NCBI RefSeq assembly: GCF_004010195.1
Contig: NC_057739.1
Coordinates: 45,119,946-45,183,945 of the forward strand
DNA from: Chiloscyllium plagiosum
Lineage: Eukaryota
Direction of reading: 5' to 3'
DNA: 64,000 nucleotides
The notes beneath the pieces were generated by a model that saw only the letters and a program-made list of their open reading frames with translations, was not told where the DNA came from and did no database searches. Of the stretch, positions 11,201-23,900 are shown one piece after another (positions within the stretch are counted from its first letter, which is position 1; the number at the start of each line of letters is the position of its first letter). The position numbers and the translations under genes were made by a program.

Positions 11201-14200
11201 AGAGGCACAGTGTGTATCACTAACAGGGACATTGTTAGTAACTAGAGGTACAGTGTCAGTAACTAGAGGGACAGTGTGTATCACTAACAGGGACATTGTC
11301 AGTAACTAGAGGGACAGTATGTATCACTAACAGGGTCAGTGTCAGTAACTAGAGGGACTGTGTCTATCACTAACGGGGTCATTGTTAGTAACTAGAGGCA
11401 CAGTGTCAGTAACTAGAGGGACAGTGTGTATCACTTGCAGGGACATTGTTAGTAACTAGAGGCACAGTGTCAGTAACTCGAGGCACAGTGTGCATCACTA
11501 ACATGGACATTGACAGTAACTCGAGGCACAGTGTGTATCACTAACAGGGACATTGTTAGTAACTAGAGGCACAGTGTCAGTAACTAGAGAGACAGTGTGT
11601 ATCACTAACAGGGACATAGTCACAGTCCCTCTAGTTACTGACAATCACTAACAGGGTCAGTGTCAGTAACTAGAGGGACAGTGTGTATCACTAACAGGGT
11701 CAATGTCAGTAACTAGAGGGACAGGTTCTATCACTTACAGGGCATTGTTAGTAACTAGAGGCACAGTGTCAGTAACTAAAGAGATCGTGTCACTAACTAG
11801 AGGGACAGTGTGTATCACTAACAGGATCAGTGTCAGTAACTCTAGGCACAGTGTGTATCACTAACAGGGACACTGACAGTAACTAGAGGCACAGTGTCAG
11901 TAACTAGAGGGACAGTGTGTATCACTAACAGGGTCAGTGTCAGTAACTAGAGGGACAGTGTGTATCACTAACAGGGACATTGTTAATAACTAGAGGGACA
12001 GTGTCAGTAACTAGAGGGACAGTGTGTATCACTAACAGGGTCAGTGTCAGTAACTAGAGGGACAGTGTGTATCACTAACAGGGTCATTGACAGTAACTAG
12101 AGGGACAGTATGTATCACTAACAGGGTCAGTGTCAGTAACTAGAGGGACAGTGTCAGTAACTAGAGGGAAGTGTGTATCGCTAACAGTGTCAGTAACTAG
12201 AGGCACAGTGTCAGTAACTAGAGGGACAGTGTGTATCACTAACTGGGTCAGTGTCAGTAACTAGGGGGACAGTGTGTATCACTAACAGGGACATTGTTAG
12301 TAACTAGAGGGACAGTGTCAGTAACTGAGGGACAGTGTGTATCACTAACTGGGTCAGTGTCAGTAACTAGGGGGACAGTGTGTATCACTAACAGGGACAT
12401 TGTTAGTAACTAGAGGGACAGTGTCAGTAACTAGAGGGACAATGTGTATCACTAACTGGGTCAGTGTCAGTAACTAGGGGGACAGTGTGTATCACTAACA
12501 GGGTCAGTGTCAGTAACTAGAGGGACAGTGTGTATCACTAACAGGGTCAGTGTCAGTACCTAGAGGCACAGTGTCAGTAACTAGAGGGACAGTGTGTATC
12601 ACTAACAGGGTCAGTGTCAGTAACTAGAGGGACAGTGTGTATCACTAACAGGGACATTGACAGTAACTAGAGGGACAGTGTGTATCACTAACAGGGTCAG
12701 TATCAGTAACTAGAGGGACAGTGTGTATCACTAACAGGGACATTGACAGTAACTAGAGGGACTGTGTCTATCACTAACAGGGATATTGTTAGTAACTAGA
12801 GGCACAGTGTCAGTAACTCGAGGCACAGTGTGTATCACTAACAGGGACATTGTTAGTAACTAGAGGCACAGTGTCAGTAACTAGAGGCACAGTGTGTATC
12901 ACTAACAGGGACATTGACAGTAACTCGAGGGACAGTGTGTATCACTAACAGGGACATTGTTAGTAACTAGAGGGACAGTGTCAGTAACTAGAGGCACAGT
13001 GTGTATCACTAATAGGGACATTGTTAGTAACTAGAGGCACAGTGTCAGTAACAGGGTCAGTGTCAGTAACTAGAGGGACAGTGTGTATCACTAACAGGGT
13101 CAGTGTCAGAAACTGGTGGGACTGTGTCTATCACTAACAGGGACATTGTTAGTAACTAGAGGCAGAGTGTCAGTAACTAGAGGCACAGTGTGTATCACTA
13201 ACAGGGACATTGTTAGTAACTAGAGGCACAGTGTCAGTAACTAGAGAGACAGTGTGTATCACTAACAGGGACATAGTCACAGTCCCTCTAGTTACTGATA
13301 ATCACTAACAGGGTCAGTGTCAGTAACTAGAGGGACAGTGTGTATCACTAACAGGGTCAGTGTCAGTAACTAGAGGGACAGTGTGTATCACTAACAGGGA
13401 CATTGTTCGTAACTAGAGGGACAGTGTCAGTAACTAGAGGCACGGTGTGCATCACTAACAGGGACATTGACAGTAACTCGAGGCACAGTGTGTATCACTA
13501 ATAGGGACATTGTTAGTAACTAGAGGCACAGTGTCAGTAACTAGAGGGACAGTGTCTATCACTAACAGGGACAGTGTCAGTAACGAGAGGGACAGTGTGT
13601 ATCACTAACAGGATCAGTGTCAGTAACTCTAGGCACAGTGTGTATCACTAACAGGGACACTGACAGTAACTAGAGGCACAGTGTCAGTAACTAGAGGGAC
13701 AGTGTGTATCACTAACAGGGTCAGTATCAGTAACTAGAGGGACAGGATCTATCATTAACAGAGACATTGTCAGTAACTAGCGTGACAGTGTCTATCACTA
13801 ACAGGGTCAGTGTCAGTAACTAGAGGGACAGTGTGTATCACTAACAGGGACATTGTCAGTAACTAGATGGACACTATGTCCCTGTTATTAATAGACACTG
13901 TAGGGACACTATGTCCCTGTTATTAATAGACACTGTCCCTCTAGTTACTGACAATGATCCTGTTAGTGATATACACTGTCCCTACAGTTACTAACAATGT
14001 CCCTGTTAGTGATACACACTGTCGCTCCAGTTACTAACACTGACCCTGTTAGTGATTGACACTGTCCCTCTAGTTACTGACCCTGTTAGTGATACACACT
14101 GTCCCTCTTGTTCCCAACAATGTCCCTGTTAGTGATACACACTGTCTCTCCAGTTAGTGACACTATCTCTTTAGTTACTAACACTGTACCTCTAGTTACT

Positions 14201-15742
14201 GACACTGACCTTGTTAGTGATAGACCCTGTCCCTCTAGTTACTGACACTGACCCTGTTAATAATACACACTGTCACTCTAGTTACTGTAAAGGTCCCTGT
14301 TAGTGATACACACCGTCCCTCTAGTTACTAACAATGTGCCTGTTAGTGATACACACTGTCCCTCTAGTTAGTGACACGATCTCTTTAGTTACTGACACTG
14401 CGCCTCTAGTTACTAACAATGCCCTGTTCGTGATAGAACCTGTCCCTCTAGTTACTGACATTGACCCGGTTAGTGATACACACTGTCCCTCTAGTTACTG
14501 ACACTGATCCTGTTAGTGATAGACACTGTCACGCTAGTTACTGACAATGTCCCTGTTAATGATAGATCCTGTCACTCTCGTTACTGACAATGTCCCTGTT
14601 AATGATAGATCCTGTCACTCTAGTTACTGACACTGACCCTGTTAGTGATAGACACTGTCCCTTTAGTTACTGACACTGACCCTGTTAGTGATACACACTG
14701 TCTCTAGTTAGTGACACTATCTCTCTCGTTACTGACACTGTGCCTCTAGTTCCTGACAATGTTCCTTTTAATGATAGACACTGACCCTGTGAGTGATAGA
14801 TCCTGCCCCTCTAGTTCCTGACACTGACCATGTTAGTGATAGACACTGTCCCTCTAGTTACTGACAATGTCCCTGTTAATGATAGATCCTGTCACTCTAG
14901 TTACTGACACTGACCCTGTTAGTGATACACACTGTCTCTCTAGTTACTGACACTGATCCTGTTAGTGATAGACACTGTCACTCTAGTTACTGACAATGTC
15001 CCTGTTAATGATAGATCCTGTCACTCTAGTTACTGACACTGACCCTGTTAGTGATAGACACTGTCCCTCTAGTTACTGACAATGCCCTGTTAGTGATACA
15101 CACTGTCCCTCTAGTTACTGACACTGATCCTGGTGGTGATAGACACTGTCACTCTAGTTACTGACAATGTCCCTGTTAATGATAGATTCTGTCACTCTAG
15201 TTACTGACACTGACCCTGTTAGTGATACTCACTGTCCCCCTAGTTACTGACAATGACCCTGTTAATGATAGATCCTGTCCCTCTAGTTACTGACACTGCC
15301 CCTGTTAGTGATAGACACTGTCCCCCTAGTTACTGACAATGACCCTGTTAATGATAGATCCTGTCCCTCTAGTTACTGACACTGACCCTGTTAGTGATAC
15401 ACACTGTCCCCCTAGTTACTGACAATGACCCTGTTAATGATAGATCCTGTCCCCCTAGTTACTGACAATGTCCCTGTTAGTGATAGACACTGTCCCTCTA
15501 GTTACTAACAATGTCCCTGTTAGTGATACACACTGTCCCTCTAGTTACTGACACTGTCCCTGTTAGTGATACACACTGTCCCTCTCGTTACTAACAATGA
15601 CCCTGTTAGTGATACATACTGTCCCTCTAGTTACTGACACTGACCCTGTTAGTGATACACACTGTCCCTCTAGTTACTGACACTGAGCCTGTTAGTGATA
15701 GACACTGTCCCTCTAGTTACTGACACTGACCCTGTTAGTGAT
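11201..15742. repeat. About 42-bp (21-bp subunit) satellite array, GTCAGTAACTAGAGGGACAGTGTGTATCACTAACAGGGTCAGT, with a strand switch at about 13870
   Basis: Forward units 11201-13866; reverse-complement units (ctctagttactgacactgaccctgttagtgatacacactgtc) from about 13900 to 15742. Confidence 0.97.
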
Positions 15743-17796
15743 TTATCTCAATTAAACTCCATCTGGGGGCTTCTGATTCAAGTTGGAATATTCCCTCAGC
15801 TTGGTGAGAAGGGATATTTGTCAAAATGACGCTGTTTTTCCCTTAGGAAATGTCAGTGGAATGGAATCCGTGTGAATTTCCCATGACAGACTACCTGTAA
15901 ATAGAGTAGGAGGCAGCATCGAGTCAGACTGAGGAACATTTACCCCAAATCCAGACGGTTTGTTTATTCAATTGTAGTCCAAGTTAATTCCATTATTTGA
16001 GTATGTTAGACAAAAGGTTAAATTAGTATCTCAATACATTTTAAAAATATAATTTATATTAAACTGGTTGAGTGAGGAATAATTCACTGAAAATCCATTG
16101 TATTCTTTTCATGATGTTGCAATCTTAGAAGGCATGTGACTTTGAGCCAGTCATCTCAGTTCACCAGAAAATTACTGAAGCCTGATGCGTAATCTCCATG
16201 TGTATCTCCTCCCAGAGGGAGGAGGAAAAGGTGTCCTATTCGAGGTTTTTAAGGTGATTGAAGGATCTGACAGAACCAATGGAGAGAAACTATTTCCTCT
16301 CTGGGGCATAATCTTGAACGAGGGGCAGTAGGCTACAATCTGAGGTGGTCCTTTCAGGATGATATCAGAGAGCACATCCTCATGCAAAGGGGAGTGGAAA
16401 TCTGGAACTCTGCCCTTTTATTCCAGATCAATCAGATCTTTCAAAACTCAGACTGCTTCATGTTTGGTAGACACAGGTTCTATGGAACGGAAGCAGGTAA
16501 AATGGAGTTACAATGCAGGTTACCTTGGGTCTGACTGGGTGATAAAATTGTCCCAAGGGGCTGATTGGCTCCTCATATGTCTGTGCTCTAACACACGCCT
16601 TCTCCCCTTCCCAAGGTAGGGAATTGGATAGTGAGCAGGACCAGTTGGAATCTCCCAGTTCCACTGCACCACCTGCGGACTGGAGCTGAACACAAGCCTT
16701 TGAGCTGCTGTGGTTGGGGTGAGCTGGTCAAACAAAGATCAAAGGTCACATCTGGGAGCCTCATGTCTGTGCAGCTCCAGAGCCTGTGGGGAGCAGCAGG
16801 ACAGATCACATCATGGGATTCCTCAGCATCTCCACTACAGGGCATTTGAATACTAGGCACGGTTGTGGTCTTCATATTTCACAAAGGGTATACTTCCACC
16901 AGAGGTGGCACCACATTGATCCATGGGATGAGGGGCTTTTCCCATGATGAGGCTGAAACCACTGGGCTGATCTTTGCTGGGGTCAAGGAGATGGAGAAGT
17001 GATCTCATGAGAACATGCAAGATACCGAAGGGGTTTGAGTCAAACAGGTAGTTTTCTCCTGGCTCGGTAATCCAGGATCGCAGTCTCATTAGAGGGAATC
17101 ACTGAGATTCAAGGCAAAGAGAAACATTTTCACTGCAAAGGGGGTTGTGAATCTTTGGAATTGTCTGCTCCAGAGAGTTGTTGATGCTCCATTGTTGAAT
17201 ACATTGAAGGCTGAGATAGAGAGATCTTCGGTGTCTCAGGGAGTCAAGCGCAGAGGAGGGGCACTGGCTGAGGGGATTCATTTGCACTGATTCTAAGCAG
17301 AGAGGAAAGTGGGACTGACAGGCTGAATGATCAACTCTGTCTCCTCTTACTTGTGTTCTGAACACTCTTAGTTGAAGGGGATCTGATTGGGGTGAGGTGG
17401 AGTGAGCAGCCTTGGAGTAGCTCCAATATGCTATGGTGCTGATTCCCCACCTCCTCCTGTGTATTCTCATACTGTTCCACACTGCATCTATAATTCACAT
17501 TACACTTAAAACAAAACACTTGCAAGTAATTGGATTTTTACAGAGCGACAAGGGCAGGCAGGATTCACTCTGATTACACTTGATTTACTCACTGATATTA
17601 ACAGTGCATCTAAAGTATGTTCGTCATCCTTTCATCTTCACAGACACATGACACGAGGATATCAGAAACACTGAGGGCTCAGACACAATGTCTCCAGTTC
17701 CAAGTGAAAGAGGGCAGTTCAGATCAGAGTCAGGGGGTGCTGTTCATCACCAGACTGGGAATGTTCCAAAGGCTACAGTGAGCCCCTGCCTGTGGG

Positions 17797-17902
17797 TCAG
17801 CTATCATTATCTTTATCCTGGTGTGGCAGCTCGGAGATTCTGTCGATGGACTTTAGAAGATTGGACACCAAACGGAGAGTTTCTGTCCCAGAAAGCAGCT
17901 GT
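17797..17902 (-). CDS. ENTR1: ENTR1 terminal coding exon
   Basis: tttcag|A CAG CTG..; QLLSGTETLRLVSNLLKSIDRISELPHQDKDNDS*. Confidence 0.92.
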
Positions 17903-20900
17903 CTGAAATTGAGAAAGAATAAAGACAAAGTGATTACAGACGTGAGTCGGCAGTAAATCTGAGCTTACTGCTGAAAGTGCTCCTTTGCCGTTTGAGTTGT
18001 GCTGATTCATCAAAAGGTTCTCATCTTCTTCCACCTCAGTGGTGACATGGGGGTAAGGGTCCTATAAGTTCCTCCAGTCTTAACGGACTGGCCAGTGTGT
18101 GACTGAACTCAATGTTAGAAACCTCAGGACAGAGATCTGGGGTTTTGCTGCTGAGACGTGCCTGAGCAATTTGTATTCATTCATTCACAGGATGAGGGCA
18201 TCACTGGCTGGGCCAGCATCTATCGCCCATCCCTAATGGCCCAGAGGGGAGTTAAGAGTCAAATAGGGTGCTGTGGGTCTGGAGTCACATGGAGGTCAGA
18301 CCAGGTAAGGATGGCAGCTTCCTTCCCTGAGGGGCAGATGGGTTTTGAAGACTCCACCATCAGCAGTGATGGGATTTGAAGCCAGGTCCCGTGAACATTA
18401 CCTGGATCTCTGGATTAATAGTCTGGTGACAATATCACTGGGCCACTACCTTGCAGACAGAGTCGAGTACAAGGTGAGATTACACAGGGAGTATGACACA
18501 GAAACAGTTCACTCAGCCTGACCAGACCATATCAGGGTTTCTACTCCATTGCTGCATCCTCCCATCTTTCCTCCCTCTCTCTTCTCACCTTCGGCTTGCC
18601 TACTTTTGTCTTAAACACATCAGTAACATTCACACCAAACCCCACCTCCAGGGAAGCCAGTTCCACACTCTGGATAAAGCAGCTTCCTGAACTCCTCATT
18701 GGGATTCTCTGTGACTATCTGACGTCGATGTCTCTGGTTATGCCCTTCCCTACGTCAGGCAACATTTGAATCTTCGAGCATTTTCAGCAGCAGGTCACTT
18801 GGACCATCAGGTCTGCTTGGGCCAAACAATGAGCCCCACAGTTTCCCCACGTTTCCCAAGTTTGGTCTGTCCTCCTGCAGGTCCAGCTCTCCAGCTGCTG
18901 CTTCAGGCATCTTTTAAATGAGGCGAGGGGTATGTGTCTCTCGAACCCTTTACCAGTTGAGTTCCGGACCCCAGCCATCCTCTGGATGAAAAGACTTTTC
19001 TCATCTCCCCTTTGATCTTCCAAACAATCTTTGTCTCCTAGTCACTGATCTCTCTGTCTTGGTCAACAAACCCTACATAATTGTGGAAGTCTGTTCCAGG
19101 TAAAAAGATCCCAGTCTTTCCAAACTTTCTTCATTCTGCAATTTTCCAATTCTGGCACCATCTCATCAATCTCCTGCCCTCCTCCCTCTGAAGATTCCAT
19201 CCTTTCTGGAAGGAGGTGGCCAGAACTGCACACAATACTCAAGCAGTGGCCTCAGTAATGATTTATACTGTTCCAGTACTAACCTTGCTGCCCTTACATT
19301 CTACAATGAGACTCATAAAGAAACGGATTCCAGTTGCCTTATCACCCTATCCTACTACAATCGGGACCTGTGGACATTCACTCCAATGTCCCTCACTTCC
19401 TCTACACCTTCAGTACCTTCCCATTAATTGCTTTCCTTTGCCTTGCCTGAACTCCCCAAACGCTCCATCCTGCAGTCCTATGGAGTGAATTTTAATTGGC
19501 ACTTTTCTGCCACCTGACCAGTCCAGTGATAACTTTGCTCTTCTATAATCTCCTCCTACAAACTCCCTTCTACAAACTCTGTGTCACACCATCATTTTGC
19601 TCTGTGGCAAAATTGCACAATTACATTGTAAAATTACACATTATTTATACATTTTTTAAGAGACAGCATGGCCTTAGTTACAAGAAAAGTCCAATCAACT
19701 GTAATATGGTGACATGATTGACAGCAGGCTAATCCAATGATATTTCCTGAGAAACAGATTGTTTTACGCACAAAATCATCCCATGCTTGCTAGTTCAAGG
19801 TTAGTTCGAATACCAAAATATAATGATGAAATTGTCTGGTTATTTTCATTGAGGTTACCCACTCAACTGTCATTTCTGACAAGAAAAGAGCTGCAGCTTG
19901 GCCATTTTTTCCTGAGACGTACGCTCTCACATTTCTGACATCATCCTTGAACCTTCTCTGCACCTCTTCAGAAACACAGTCTCCTTTATTTCATAACGTG
20001 GCAACCAGAACTGGACAAAGGTATGGAGATTGAGGGGTTTGGGATGCAGCGTGGGATTGTGGGGGTGAAGGACATAGAGTGGGATTCTGAATATGGGATA
20101 TAGGGCAAGATTGTTAGGTATGGGATATAAGGTGGTTCCACATGCCCTTCCTGGCTATACATTTGAGGGTTAGTACTGTATATCCCTTTCCTTCTTGCCT
20201 TGCAGCCCTGTGAGGAATGAATGGTCATACTTTACTGAGCTCTCTGCCTCCTGCGCTGCCTTTGTGAGATAGTCTGATGCAAGCCGGGCGTTGCTTTTCA
20301 CAGAGTTTAAAGCGAGGGAATCTTCAGATCGAAGCTTCTCATTCTCCGATTTCCATTGCTGCAGCTCAGCCTGTCAGACAGAAACAAAGGAACAGCATTA
20401 TCCACACCCAGGGAGGCAGGGAGAGGGAGGCTGGTGAAGAGAGAGTACGAGTAAAGACAGAGAAATTGGATGGGGGGGGGGGTGTGTGTGTGTGTGGAAT
20501 AGAGAGGGGGACAGTGCAGGAGAGAGGGTGTGAACAGAGAAAGGGCAGGATGCAAGGTAACAGCAGAGAATGGTGTGAGAGAGAGAGAGAGACTAACTCC
20601 TGCTTAACTTGATCATGTGACTGTGCTGAAATCACTGTGGATACCATTTTCTAAACCACAGAACATGCCCAAGCTGTTAGCAGTGATCATCAGAAAGCTG
20701 CAAATGTTGTGAGTGATATTTCTTTTATACAATCTCCATTACTGTACCTGTAAGAGAACCAATTCCTGCTTCAGCTTAGTCACTGTGTTCTCTGCTTTCA
20801 CCGCCCGTTTCTGAATTAAACACAGAGATAGATGTCATAACCTCAGTGGCAGAATCAGCTACTTCCAAACAAACAGCAGTGCAGAGAATCATCGATGGGC

Positions 20901-23900
20901 AAGGTTCACTCCCTCAGGGTGGGAGATAAACCTCAGGCAGACAGCATCACTACAGCCAAAACTGGGATCACAATCCTTTCAAAATGCAGAAGTGCTGGGG
21001 GAGGGCCGCACTGTCGGAGGGTCAGTGCTGAGGGAGTGGGCACTGTCGGAGGGTCAGTGCTGAGGGAGTAGGCACTGTCGGAGGGTCAGTGCTGAGGGAG
21101 TGGGCACTGTCGGAGGGTCAGTGCTGAGGTGGTAGCACTTACTATTAGAAGAATAGCAAATTGAGATTTGTCTTTACTTTGGGGCAAATTTATCCCTTGA
21201 ACAATGTAATGTAAACAGCAGCTGACCAGGTTTTGGTGTCTTTGAGATTGGAGGCTGTTCTCACAAGGGTAGCATTGTCCTCCCCGTGGAAATCCCCATC
21301 CCCATGCTCCCTCTTTGTCCCTCACCGTCATCTGTTGGAGGTTCTCTTCCACATGCTGTACCATTGATTCTAATGCTCGTGTCTCCTTTTCTTCATTGAT
21401 TTTTCTTCTCTCCAACTCCTCCTGCAGCCTCTTGGTCCTGAGAAGAGGGTCAATGGGACACTCCGTGTTATTGATGCCATGCAGTTGCCACTTGCCCACT
21501 GCCCGTTGCAGCTACACTGCGTATGCCCCCACGCCATACATTCAGTGCCTCCTCCAAGGCAATGAAGAGGCAGAGATTGGTTTTCCCCAGCATCACTTCC
21601 CGTGGCACCATCACAACTAACACATAATGGAGCTTCATGCAGTCAGTCGGAGCCGATATTGAAGCTGAGTTGTGCTGGCGAAAGCTCAGAGTCCGTCAGC
21701 AAGCAAGTCATTGACGGAAAATGGATTACAACACAGTCAGAACAGAATGATGAACATACATTACAGGACATACTGCGCCCAGCACATAGCTCAACTCCAT
21801 CCATCATGTCAATGTCGTTTCAATACAACACGTTCTCTCTCACCCTCACAGCCTGTTCATTACCAGTTTTTGGGTTTCAGCTGAATGGCAGCCACAGCAT
21901 CTTGTTTTAATCAGACAGAAGCACTCAATCTTGTTTCATATTGGCCATACTGTATTCAGAACACCACTGAGTCTAAGCTAGGGCTATGGATGACTGACCA
22001 GAGCAAGGTTAGCACAAACAGAAGCCAGCTGACAGACCTTACGCAGAGAAAGGATATACGCATGGCATTCTTCCCAGAGTCATCAGACTCCAGTTAAACT
22101 GTCATGATTGGGCTTCGAAATCAGTGCAGGGCTGAGGGAGTGGGCACTGTCGGATGGTCAGTGCTGAGGGAGTGCCACACTGTTGGAGCGTCAGTGCTGA
22201 GGGAGTGTCACACTCTCGGAGGGTCAGTGCTGAGGGAGTGGGCACTGTCGGAGGGTCAGTGCTGAGGGAGTGGGCACTGTCAGAGGGTCAGTGCTGAGGG
22301 AGTGCCGCACTGTCGGAGGGTCAGCGCTGAGAGAGTGCCACACAGTTGGAGCGTCAGTGCTGAGGGAGTGGGCACTGTCACAGGGTCAGTGCTGAGAGAG
22401 TGCCACACTGTTGGAGCGTCAGTGCTGAGGGAGTGTCACACTCTCGGAGGGTCAGTGCTGAGGGAGTGGGCACTGTCGGAGGGTCAGTGCTGAAGGAGTG
22501 GGCACTGTCGAAGGTTTAATTTTCAGGATGTGGTGTTAAACCAAGTCTCCATTTGCTCACTGTGGTTGTCAGGGAAGATCACACAATGGGGATTTTGGGG
22601 AAGTGCAGGGTTGTGGTTAATATTGTCATAAATCAAAATCTAACAACAGACCACCTGTTGATTATCTCATTATTGTTTGTCGGATCTGACTGTGTCTAAA
22701 TTTGACTCTCCCGTTTCCTGCTTTATAACAACGACTACAATCCCAGTTATCGAACGGCCTGTGCAGCATTCTGCCACCCAGTTGCTGTGAATTTCGTTTT
22801 AAACTGAAGTTGGCAGAAAAGAGGCTTTATTAAGAGTCAGGGCACCAATTCCCATGATTACCACAGCCACGTCCAAACCCTGTAAGCTCAGCTCCTCTCA
22901 CCGCTTCACGTGGGCCTTGACCAACTGCTCCACTTCTTCATTTTGCTTTCGGAGCCGTGCGTTTTCTTCCTGTAGCTGCAAGATTGAGAGTTTATATCAA
23001 ACAAACGCTGCCCTCGATACCTCTGCAGATACTCATGGCTGTTCCCAGCACCAGACTGCACCACTCTGACACTTGCCTGGCTGGTTTTCCACCGAACGAA
23101 CCCAGCCCCTCTCTAACTGGCCCTGTTCCTAACTCCGACCAAGTTCCATTCACCCTGTGCTCACTGATACTTTGATGGACAATGAGCCAATTTTAAAATT
23201 CTCTTCTTCTTTACAAATCCCTCCATGCGATCACTGTCATCTCCTGCACCTATTGTCTATGGTCATCACCTTCAGCACCACAACCCTCGAAGGCCTCTGC
23301 CCTCCTCCAATTCTGGCCCCTTTATCCTCCCAGATTTTAATCGCTCCATCACTGGCAGCCTTATCTCCAGCTGCCTGGCTACTGGGCTGTCGAATTTCTT
23401 GCCTAAATCCCTCCACCTCCCTTCACTCCTTTAAGTCACTTGTCAACAAGAACAGCTTGCATTTATATATTGCCTTTAACTAAATTAAACATCTCCAGGG
23501 TTTCACATGATTGTTATCAAATAAAATTTGACCCCAACCAAGGAAGGAGAGATTAGGATGGACGGTGAAAGGAGGAGGTTTTAAGGAATCTGCCTCTTTG
23601 ACGATTGATTGTAATCTCTCACAATGTTACTAATGCCAGATTTTAAGAATAAATAAATTTGAATCAGAAGTAGGCCATTTGGCCCCTTGAGCCTGTTTCC
23701 CCATTTAATAAAACAATGGCTAATCTGATTGTGGCCTCAACTCCCCTTTGTCTGTCTGTTTCTCAATAACCCTCGACTCCGTCATCAATCAAAAACCTCT
23801 CTAACTCAGTGTGAACGTATCTGATGACTCAGCCTCCACTGCTCACTGGGAATTCCCCAGACCCATGACCCTCAGAGAAGAAAATCCCCCTTACCCCTGA

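Noticed and set aside
11201-15742. CRISPR-like regular repeat array
   Set aside because: No unique spacers and no cas genes; eukaryotic satellite
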